Shown here one piece after another: positions 6,258 to 14,140 of a DNA stretch of 17,699 nt. Under the pieces are notes generated by a model. The model did not search any database and was not told where the DNA came from. It was given only the letters and a program-made list of their open reading frames with translations. Position numbers and translations under genes: made by a program. The stretch is from a bacterium (GTDB lineage: Bacteria > Cyanobacteriota > Vampirovibrionia > Gastranaerophilales > JBAXKC01): assembly GCA_037137535.1 (NCBI GenBank), contig JBAXKC010000047.1:1-17699 (forward strand), in the 5' to 3' direction. The number at the start of each line of letters is the position of its first letter. Positions within the stretch are counted from its first letter, which is position 1.

Positions 6258-9251
6258 TTATGCTTTTTTAAAGGCTTTGAATTTGTCAAAATTTACGGTT
6301 GTAGGTTGCTGTTGAGGTGTTTGTGGAGCTTTAGCAACTGTTTGCTGTGGTGGAACTGTTGCGACTGTTTTTGCTTCAGGTTTATTAACTCTTGAGGAAA
6401 GTGATTTTTTACCTGTTACATAGGACATAAACTTGAAGTAACCACCCCAGAAACCTGTTTTAGCAGCGTTTGCAGCATCAGCTTTAAGGATTTCTTCTCT
6501 TGTCTTTGTGGTGATAGGAATACCGACAGCTGCTCTGGTTAGTGCTTCATAGCCTGTTACGTTACCAACCGTAATTAAGGTCTGACCGATTAAATTAGAG
6601 TTATAAAGTGGTTTGAAGAGTTCGTTTGTTCCTTTTACGAAGTAGCTTGAGAATAAGTTTCTGCTGACTTCCTGAACTGCTCTTTCTTGTGCTTTTTGTT
6701 GAGCTAATTTCTGATCTTTACCGCCTGTTTTTTCCATTACAAGGTTATAAGCATCAGATACAAGGAAAAATGCTGATAAACCGCTACCTAAAACCTTCAT
6801 CCAGGTTGAAAGCTCTGTACTTGAATAACTTTGAGCATTTGTTTTATTCCAACCGTCAACGCCGTTATTTCCTAAAACTCTTGTAAACTGCTCTTTTAAG
6901 TATTCATTTCTTTTTTCAGGTGTTAAACTTGAATCTGTTTTTTTAATTTCATAATTTAATTTGCTAAAAATATGTCTTATGTTATCTGTTGTAACAGAAG
7001 CAGGTTCCTCTTCAGATGCTTTAATTGTCGCCTGTCTGATTTCATAAAGTGCATTGGTTGCTTCCTTGCTGTCTTTAGCTTCTGCTTTTACAGCGGCTAC
7101 AAGTTGGTCGACATAAGCAATTTTGTCTTCGGTAAAGGCTTTGTCTTTTAATGTTTCAATAATGGTTGATTTTACATTATCAATGCCATTTTGAGCATGT
7201 TCAAGCGTATTGCCTTTTAATGAATCCATCAAAGTTTCAATTAATTTATCTTTATGTGGAATCTCACTCTTTTCAAGAGTTTTTACTAATTGTTCTTTAA
7301 TTGCTTTTGCAGAATCTTTTGTGAGGGCTTGAGCTGCGCCTTTACCTTCTGTTTTAATAGTTTCAGGTGTTAATACAGCTTTCAAACTGTCAAAGATTTG
7401 ATTAATATGAACATCATATTTTACAAAATTTCCTCTATCTGTCAGCTCAACAAGATTAGCCTTTGTTACAAGTTCATGCTTAGGAAGTTTTTCTCTTAGT
7501 GCCACCATCATACCGTTAAGATTTGATTTTATAGTTTCATTAATTTCTCTTGTTTTTACAAGTTCCGGTTTTGCATTTGCAAAAGCTGTATCAACCTGTC
7601 CGACAAGATACTTTGCAAAGTTAGCTGGTATTTTAAACAATCCGCCGAGAATATCCTGCGGTAAAATAATAATTTGATCAACGAATGATTTAGCATATCT
7701 GTTATCAATAATACCGAGGTGAAGAGTCTTGCCTGCATACTTATCTTTGTCTTTTAAAGCAGCTGTAAAGGTTTCTATTGATTCAAGATACTTTTCATCA
7801 AACTTTGTACCGTCTGTAAATATTTTTTTACCTTCTTTTCCAAGGTTTTCTATATTTGTTTTAATTGTTTTAAACATAGTTTCTGTAATTTGCTTATGGT
7901 CTGTTTTTGAAAGTTCAAAAATTTCTGCTAATTTAGAGGCTTCTTGCGGAATAGTTCTATGTTTAAATAGATTTGCAACTGTTGCTACCGCAACCATTGA
8001 TGCTGCAAAACCTGCGGTAAGCTCAAGACCTACTTTAAACATATTTGCTTTTTTAGGTTCAGCAACTTCAGGAGAATTTGTTGCAGATACTGTTACAGGA
8101 TTAGCTGAAAAAGCAGTCTTTTTTGCAGTTGGAGCAGTAGTTCCTTGTGTCGGTGAATTTTGAACTTTTTGTGATTCTTTAGCTTGATTTTTAGCTGCAA
8201 GTTGAGCTGCAGCCTCTTTACTCATTGGAAGAATACGTTTTCCTGCAAGTTTTCTGCCGAGAACTTCAGCAACACCTGTTGCAAACACTGTTACTGCAAG
8301 TGCAGCAGGAAGTGATTTATTGGTAATTTTCTTTAAACTGCCTATCATAAAGAACATAATTGCCGCAGAAATGCCGACCCTACCAGTTTCTTGAAGAAAC
8401 CTTGTTTTACGCTCTTTTTCAGCTTCTTTTTTATCATTTTTAAGTAGCATCGTAAGGTTAGAAGCATCAGCCGCTAAAAAGATTGCAGAAGGAATACCTG
8501 AACTGAATCTTCCCCAGGTTCTATCGGCTTTAATCCCAAAAGTTGGAAGGAGGTCATTTCCGATTCTGTTTACATATTTTTTTGTAATTGCTTCTTTTAA
8601 TTTTTTCTCATCTCCGTTAAGAAGAATATGTTGTTGTTCAAACCATTTGATATAATCTCTGACGCTATATGAATTTACTTCCTGTTTAATTGAGGTCATT
8701 CTATTTTGCAGATGTTCTGAAATAAACGGAATATTTTTTCTAAGCTCAGTGCCTGGTTTTCCTTTTACAAAAGGAATATGATTCATTACATCAAGTGTCA
8801 TATTAATGGCATCAGAAGGAATAAGCAGAATATCTTTAAAAGTATCACCAATATTACCTAAAATAGTTTTTTCAACGTTGTGATCTTTCAGATAAGTCAT
8901 TGTTTTGTCTACAAAGCTGTGTTCTCCGCCTTGAGTGGCTTCTTTAAGCATATTAAGAGCTTTAACGCCAATATGAGAAGTATCTTGCTTCGCATATGCT
9001 TCAATAATCGCAGGTGAAATAATTTCACCTAATTTAATTTTTGTCAGCTCATCTTTTGCCGCAGTAATAAAAGAACCTTTAAAACTTACATCATGTGCTT
9101 GTTTCAAAGGTTCTAATTTGTTGTCTATATTACAATTATTTTTATTTATAGTAGCCATGGAATTAATCGATTGATTAGCTAAAGCATCCTTTCGCTTTAA
9201 ATCCTTACTTGTTAATTGTGGACTTTGACCGTATCCGAATCTTGTAATCAC
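6258..9251 (-). CDS. Large hypothetical membrane protein with two internal repeats and an N-terminal DVSFKG motif
   Basis: 997 aa, GTG start with aggag RBS. Repeats SAIFLAADASNL..RFLQETGR..AEVLGRKLAGKRILP and SAFFLVSDAYNL..RAVQEVSR..YEALTRAAVGIPITT are separated by a long helical region. Confidence 0.9.
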   Translation of the reverse strand: MITRFGYGQSPQLTSKDLKRKDALANQSINSMATINKNNCNIDNKLEPLKQAHDVSFKGSFITAAKDELTKIKLGEIISPAIIEAYAKQDTSHIGVKALNMLKEATQGGEHSFVDKTMTYLKDHNVEKTILGNIGDTFKDILLIPSDAINMTLDVMNHIPFVKGKPGTELRKNIPFISEHLQNRMTSIKQEVNSYSVRDYIKWFEQQHILLNGDEKKLKEAITKKYVNRIGNDLLPTFGIKADRTWGRFSSGIPSAIFLAADASNLTMLLKNDKKEAEKERKTRFLQETGRVGISAAIMFFMIGSLKKITNKSLPAALAVTVFATGVAEVLGRKLAGKRILPMSKEAAAQLAAKNQAKESQKVQNSPTQGTTAPTAKKTAFSANPVTVSATNSPEVAEPKKANMFKVGLELTAGFAASMVAVATVANLFKHRTIPQEASKLAEIFELSKTDHKQITETMFKTIKTNIENLGKEGKKIFTDGTKFDEKYLESIETFTAALKDKDKYAGKTLHLGIIDNRYAKSFVDQIIILPQDILGGLFKIPANFAKYLVGQVDTAFANAKPELVKTREINETIKSNLNGMMVALREKLPKHELVTKANLVELTDRGNFVKYDVHINQIFDSLKAVLTPETIKTEGKGAAQALTKDSAKAIKEQLVKTLEKSEIPHKDKLIETLMDSLKGNTLEHAQNGIDNVKSTIIETLKDKAFTEDKIAYVDQLVAAVKAEAKDSKEATNALYEIRQATIKASEEEPASVTTDNIRHIFSKLNYEIKKTDSSLTPEKRNEYLKEQFTRVLGNNGVDGWNKTNAQSYSSTELSTWMKVLGSGLSAFFLVSDAYNLVMEKTGGKDQKLAQQKAQERAVQEVSRNLFSSYFVKGTNELFKPLYNSNLIGQTLITVGNVTGYEALTRAAVGIPITTKTREEILKADAANAAKTGFWGGYFKFMSYVTGKKSLSSRVNKPEAKTVATVPPQQTVAKAPQTPQQQPTTVNFDKFKAFKKA

Positions 9252-9330
9252 ACCAATCTCCTTTTAGCTCACTTTTTATGCCTGCAAAAAAGCAAAATTT
9301 TTTTCAGCATTAGAACACAAGTTCCTGCAT

Positions 9331-9352
9331 ATTGTTTGAGACGTCAAACAAT
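9331..9352. promoter_or_regulatory. Perfect inverted repeat (operator-like or 5' leader hairpin)
   Basis: attgtttga-gacg-tcaaacaat, 80 nt upstream of the 9251 start codon. Confidence 0.4.
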
Positions 9353-9560
9353 TTAAGGAAAACATAAAAAAGAATTATAAACAACAATTAATATTTGCTC
9401 TTACCCATGAAAACGTTCCTAATCATTAGAAATTGACAGGTATTTTAATTCATGTTTACAATAATTAACATGCAATTTGACAAAATATGGATAAATCATT
9501 GTAGAAACAAGGTTTATAGGTTTATATGAAACTTTAATAAATAAATTTTTAAGATTACAA

Positions 9561-10766
9561 TTAAAAACTATATACTTCTCCGTCGAGATTATATGCAACA
9601 GCAAATATTTCTTTACATGCATCCTTAGAAAGTGTTGTATATTTCTTGTTATAAATATCGTATTCCATACCTTTCTTGTCAGTTAAATTAAAGATCAATT
9701 TATTTCTAGGATCAATTACAAACTTTTTACCGTCATCTGCATTATATTCAATAAATGAATGACGCTTTGTTGATATCCATGTTGTATTAATGCCGCTTAA
9801 TTGAGCCATTGCTTTAGTAAATATAGTTTGAGGCAAACATGTTCCTGTGGCTTTTGGTAAACCCTTACTACCGCTTGCAAATTCGCCGATATTAATAATA
9901 CGTCCAGGGAGATGCTCTTGTTTAAAATTAGAATAAGCCTTATCTTCATTATTTATGTTTATTCTATTTTCTTCATTTTGAAAAGAATAAACAGTATCAT
10001 TTTTAATATAAGGTTTAGTAATTTTATCAGGCTTAAAAAACTCTGATTCAGTTTCCAGCAAGGCTTTAGCAACTTCTATCGATTTATTTTTATTAATTTT
10101 ATTTAATTTTTGATTTAATTTCTTTGAAGCTTCAACCAAAACATGATCATCTTCTAAATTTACCTGAATTTTAATTTTTGTTTCTTTATTCAACAATGCA
10201 ATTTTATTTATTTGTAGAAATCCATTATTGTCATATCCCATTAATGAATAAATAAAGCCCTTTTCAAAGTTATCTTCTATTCTTGAAGTTGTCTTTTTTC
10301 CTTTGTAAGTATCAAATTCTTGCTGAGTAAAATCTGCCATTTGAGCAAGTGTTTTTTGAGGTAATTTTACTGTATCAACCTGTTTTGTAAGCTCTACTTT
10401 AAGATCTTCAGTCATGTTTAATTTATTTAATAATTCCAACTCCATCTCATTGATTAATGGAACAAAAAGCCTATTATGTATTAACTTCTGGGCTTTTCCC
10501 ATTAAACTGTTTGCTTTGCTGATACATCCAAGACCTTTAGCGGCCAGTCTGTTTTTAAGTTCATTATTTTCCTCTTGAATTGCTGCATCAAGATAGTTTG
10601 AAGCTTTTGTATAGGTGTCATCTAGCTCATTATATAAAGCTTTTAATTTGTATTTCGGGTTTATATTCTTATTTGATAATATTTCCTGCATATTAATATT
10701 TTTCTCTATTATTTCAGTAGAGAGTTTTTTTATTGCAGGAGATGTATAATGATTAATACCGTTCAT
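9561..10766 (-). CDS. Transglutaminase/papain-like (Cys-His-Asp) domain protein, paralog 1
   Basis: 401 aa. C-terminal IGEF..GTC(310)LPQTIFTKAMAQLSGINT..H(336)SFIEY..DDGKKFVID(352)P has the spacing of the transglutaminase-like/EDR1-like core. N-terminus is helical. Confidence 0.75.
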   Translation of the reverse strand: MNGINHYTSPAIKKLSTEIIEKNINMQEILSNKNINPKYKLKALYNELDDTYTKASNYLDAAIQEENNELKNRLAAKGLGCISKANSLMGKAQKLIHNRLFVPLINEMELELLNKLNMTEDLKVELTKQVDTVKLPQKTLAQMADFTQQEFDTYKGKKTTSRIEDNFEKGFIYSLMGYDNNGFLQINKIALLNKETKIKIQVNLEDDHVLVEASKKLNQKLNKINKNKSIEVAKALLETESEFFKPDKITKPYIKNDTVYSFQNEENRININNEDKAYSNFKQEHLPGRIINIGEFASGSKGLPKATGTCLPQTIFTKAMAQLSGINTTWISTKRHSFIEYNADDGKKFVIDPRNKLIFNLTDKKGMEYDIYNKKYTTLSKDACKEIFAVAYNLDGEVYSF

Positions 10767-10804
10767 ATTTTACCTATTTGAATTATTGATAATAATGTAA
10801 TTGC

Positions 10805-12010
10805 TTAAAAACTATACCCCTCACCGTTGAGATTATGTATATCATCAAACAACTCATTACATTTATACTTAGAAAGCGGCATATAGGTATTATTGTAAAT
10901 ATCTAAATATACGCCTTCCTTATCAGTTAAATTGAATATAAGTTTATTTACAGGGTCAATTACAAACCTTTTACCGTCATCTGCATTATATTCAAGAAAT
11001 GAATGACTTTTTCTTGAAACCCATGTTGTATTAATGCCGCTTAATTGAGCCATTGCTTTCGTAAATATGGTTTGAGGCAAACATGTTCCTGTGGCTTTTG
11101 GTAAACCCTTACTACCGCTTGCAAATTCCCCAATATTAAGAATACGGGCAGGCAAACGGTCTTGACGAAAAACAGAATAATACTGCTCTTTGTTATTTTG
11201 AGTAATTATATTGTTATTATTCTTAGAAGAATACGTCACATTATTTTTATCATAGGGAATAGTTGCCAAATCAGGCTTAAAAAACTCTGATTCAGTTTCC
11301 AGCAAGGCTTTAGCAACTTCTGTAGAATTTTCTTGATCAATATTGTTTAATTTTTCATTTAATTTATCTGAGGCTTTAACTAAAACAGGGTCATCTTCTA
11401 AATTTACCTGAATTTTTAATTTTGGTACGTCATTCGGCAAATTATTTTCATCTATTTCCATAAATCCATTTTCATCATAATTTCTGTATGAAAAAATAAA
11501 ACCTTTTTCAAAATTATCTTCTATTTTTGCAGTTGTTCTAGTGTCATATAAAACTTCCATTTTTTGTTTATAGTAATCAGCCATTTGATTAAGAGTTTTT
11601 TTAGGCAACTTAACGGCATAAGCCTGCTTTGTAAGTTTTACGCTAAGATCTTCCATCATTGCTTTTAAATTTCCTAGTGTTATTTGATTTTCAAAATTAT
11701 TTAAATCTGAATCATCAACCTGCATAATATCTTTAGCGTTATTTAACAAACTGTTTACTTTTGTAATACAACCTAGCCCTCTTTGAGCCAATCTATTTTT
11801 AAGTTTATAATTTTGTTCTTGAGTTGCTTCATCAAGATAATTTGAAGCTTTTTCCATTGTTTCATCTACATCTTTAAATATAATTGTTAATTTTAAATCT
11901 GAGTCTACTTTTTTATCTGATAAAATTTCCTGAATTTTAATATTCTTAAATATAGCTGTCTCAGAGGATTTTCTTATTGCATAGGGATTATAATTTGCTG
12001 CTATATCCAT
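10805..12010 (-). CDS. Transglutaminase/papain-like (Cys-His-Asp) domain protein, paralog 2
   Basis: 401 aa tandem paralog with the same C310/H336/D352 numbering; strong RBS aaggagg. Confidence 0.75.
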   Translation of the reverse strand: MDIAANYNPYAIRKSSETAIFKNIKIQEILSDKKVDSDLKLTIIFKDVDETMEKASNYLDEATQEQNYKLKNRLAQRGLGCITKVNSLLNNAKDIMQVDDSDLNNFENQITLGNLKAMMEDLSVKLTKQAYAVKLPKKTLNQMADYYKQKMEVLYDTRTTAKIEDNFEKGFIFSYRNYDENGFMEIDENNLPNDVPKLKIQVNLEDDPVLVKASDKLNEKLNNIDQENSTEVAKALLETESEFFKPDLATIPYDKNNVTYSSKNNNNIITQNNKEQYYSVFRQDRLPARILNIGEFASGSKGLPKATGTCLPQTIFTKAMAQLSGINTTWVSRKSHSFLEYNADDGKRFVIDPVNKLIFNLTDKEGVYLDIYNNTYMPLSKYKCNELFDDIHNLNGEGYSF

Positions 12011-12110
12011 ATTATCCTCCTTTAAATTTTTTATATAATAATAAAAAGGATTTGAATAAATAATAATTGCTTAAAACAGCTGAATTTTAATTTATTTTGT
12101 TAAAAACGTG

Positions 12111-12258
12111 AATAATGATTCTTGAGAAAAGAAGCAAACCGCTTGTGGATGATTAGGTTTAGTTGACGTTTTTCCGAAAACGTTTTTATAAAAAACTTAA
12201 TGAAAACAAAGGTAGAACTTATATAAAAAGAGCGACTACTAGTTATAGTAACTCTTTT
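12111..12258 (+). repeat. Dispersed intergenic repeat, arm A, copy 3 (5'-truncated)
   Basis: Shares aagcaaaccgcttgtgg (17 nt exact) with copy 4, then agttga.gtttt..cgaaa and agaactta.a.aaaaagag. Ends in the imperfect hairpin aaaagag..acta...tagt..ctctttt (12226-12258). Confidence 0.8.
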
Positions 12259-12338
12259 AGTTTTACTTGAATTTTTTTGTTTTGAGTTGTTCAAGAGTTA
12301 AACTCTCTCAAATTTATTATTTTTAACAGTATAAATTC

Positions 12339-12527
12339 TTATTTTCTATTTGCAAAAAGCAGGTGAAGCTCTTGATATTCCTGTCCCATTGAAGAAGGCA
12401 AAGTTTCATATTTAATATTTAATGCATCGAGCTTTTTCTTTCTCGGGTCATTAATTGCATTTACCGTAATCGGTTGTTTATTTTTCATTGCGTTTAATAT
12501 AACGTAATCAACGCCTATTTTTGCCAT
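12339..12527 (-). CDS. Short hypothetical ORF or gene remnant
   Basis: 62 aa with protein-like composition but no RBS. Same frame as, and directly behind the stop of, 12552..12872. Confidence 0.35.
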   Translation of the reverse strand: MAKIGVDYVILNAMKNKQPITVNAINDPRKKKLDALNIKYETLPSSMGQEYQELHLLFANRK

Positions 12528-12551
12528 TTTAATACTTTCTGAATCATGTAT

Positions 12552-12872
12552 TTATCTACCTACGGATTTTAACTTGATAATATCAGCATAATTACTGGCT
12601 GTAACAGTTTCAACAGTCGATAAGTCCTTTTTAATGGAGGATACATCACCTTTAATATATACAACGTCAATTGTCATTTTTTCCTGTTCTGCTTTTACTA
12701 CGTCAACAGAATGAACAAGAGCTTTTAATATTTCAGTATTTTCATTTGTTTGAGTTTTTAAAATACCAACATCTGATTTTAAATCGCTAACGTCAGATTT
12801 TAAATTACTCATATCTGTTCTAAGTGCTTTGAATTCGTCTAAAACTAACCTTTGAAATTCCTGATTATCCAC
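12552..12872 (-). CDS. Small coiled-coil (heptad repeat) protein
   Basis: 106 aa, GTG start with aaggag RBS. Heptads LRTDMSN-LKSDVSD-LKSDVGI-LKTQ and IKGDVSS-IKKDLST. Confidence 0.85.
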   Translation of the reverse strand: MDNQEFQRLVLDEFKALRTDMSNLKSDVSDLKSDVGILKTQTNENTEILKALVHSVDVVKAEQEKMTIDVVYIKGDVSSIKKDLSTVETVTASNYADIIKLKSVGR

Positions 12873-13122
12873 CAGACTTGCTCCTTTGCCGAAAGTAAAC
12901 TTGAAGTTTAACAGCTTATAAATTAAGTATTTATTTTATATTATATAAAAAAACAAATAATTTTTATTGCTATACAAAGGCTTATATTCATTAAAATTAA
13001 CAATAGATAATAAAAAACAAAATATTATAAATTGTAACTTTTACACAAAAAAAACAGCAATTATATTTTTCAGCTGTTTTGATAATATGGGCTCTACTAT
13101 ACACAATAAACGGATGGTTTTA

Positions 13123-14007
13123 ATGTTTGTAAGTAAACCTGTATATCATGATTTAACATCATTTACAAAAAGAGGCGGATCTGGGAGCGGAAGAAGTTCA
13201 GGTGGTGGGCGATCATGTTCTTCAAGTCATTCCTCTCACTCTAGCAGTAGATCTTCTCGCTCATCAAGCCCAAGCCGTTCTTCAAGTAGCAGAACAGGCA
13301 AATCATCTAATTCAAAAAGTAAATCATCTTCTCCTAAAATTACATGGTCAGTAGGGAAATTAAGTAAGCAAAATAAGTCTAATAACTCGGCAGGCTGGAA
13401 TAACTCCTCCTACAACTCAAGCAGAGCTTATAATGACGACTACTATTACAATAATCATCCTATGTTTTTTAATAACTACGGGCATTATGGTAACAGTCCG
13501 TACGGGTATAATCCTTATAGTCGCCCGTTGATTAATAATTATCCAGCTTGTCCTCTTGATTATGAACACAAATTAAATCAGATCTTTCTCGCAAAACACC
13601 CCGAAAAAGAAGAACAAATAAATAAAGACACCTCAAGAGCTACATTATTTGCGACTTTACTGACAACTCTTGCTTCTTCTTTTGCCCTAAAGGGCATAAC
13701 TATTACCAAAGAGGGTGCAACCCATAACATTAATTTAGAACCGGGCAGATTACTTATATCATTAGCTATCGGACTGGCAACATGTTTGTTAAGCTATTTT
13801 GGAAAAAATAATAAAATTACTCTTGAAAGATTAAAATATGAGAGTGAAACAGGCGATATAATAAAAATCAATGATACAAAAAATAACCTGTTGGCTGGCT
13901 CACCTTTGCTTAATATTAATGTAAATAATCCACCCAAAAATAAAGACGAAAAAAAGATTTCTAATGCAGATATAATTGCGGGAAAACAATATAAGTCTAA
14001 TAATTAA
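13123..14007 (+). CDS. Low-complexity Ser/Arg-rich and Tyr/Asn/Gly/Pro-rich protein with two C-terminal hydrophobic segments
   Basis: The ORF track starts at TTG 12967, but the first ~50 codons look intergenic. ATG 13123 (ggatgg upstream) gives MFVSKPVYHDLTSFTKRGG. The start is inferred. Confidence 0.75.
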   Translation: MFVSKPVYHDLTSFTKRGGSGSGRSSGGGRSCSSSHSSHSSSRSSRSSSPSRSSSSRTGKSSNSKSKSSSPKITWSVGKLSKQNKSNNSAGWNNSSYNSSRAYNDDYYYNNHPMFFNNYGHYGNSPYGYNPYSRPLINNYPACPLDYEHKLNQIFLAKHPEKEEQINKDTSRATLFATLLTTLASSFALKGITITKEGATHNINLEPGRLLISLAIGLATCLLSYFGKNNKITLERLKYESETGDIIKINDTKNNLLAGSPLLNINVNNPPKNKDEKKISNADIIAGKQYKSNN

Positions 14008-14079
14008 TCAATCTTTTTGTATCATCAGGTTTTAATAAAATAATATCGCAGTTAATTAATTCGTATAAACTCTCATAAA

Positions 14080-14110
14080 AGTAAAAGACCACAAATTGTG
14101 ATCTTTTACT
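14080..14110. terminator. Probable bidirectional terminator
   Basis: agtaaaagaccaca-aat-tgtgatcttttact (14-bp stem, one mismatch) between the convergent genes ending at 14007 and 14141. Confidence 0.7.
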
Positions 14111-14140
14111 GAGTTTTATAAATTAACTTTTAATTAAAAC

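Noticed and set aside
6689-8163. ORFs 6689..6886 (+), 7556..7738 (-) and 7729..8163 (+)
   Set aside because: Nested in or antisense to the 997-aa gene; shadow ORFs.
9419-9622. 67-aa ORF (-)
   Set aside because: Overlaps the end of 9561..10766 out of frame, runs into AT-rich intergenic DNA and has no RBS.
9777-11321. Diversity-generating retroelement TR/VR pair
   Set aside because: Differences are not adenine-specific, both copies are full genes, and no reverse transcriptase is present in the window.
12100-12294. 64-aa ORF (-)
   Set aside because: Coincides with non-coding repeat arm A copy 3; the ORF track shows no equivalent ORF in the other copies.
12967-13122. TTG start and first 52 codons of the 346-aa ORF
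   Set aside because: Extremely AT-rich, intergenic-like and without an RBS; a downstream ATG (13123, or 13114/13087) is more plausible.
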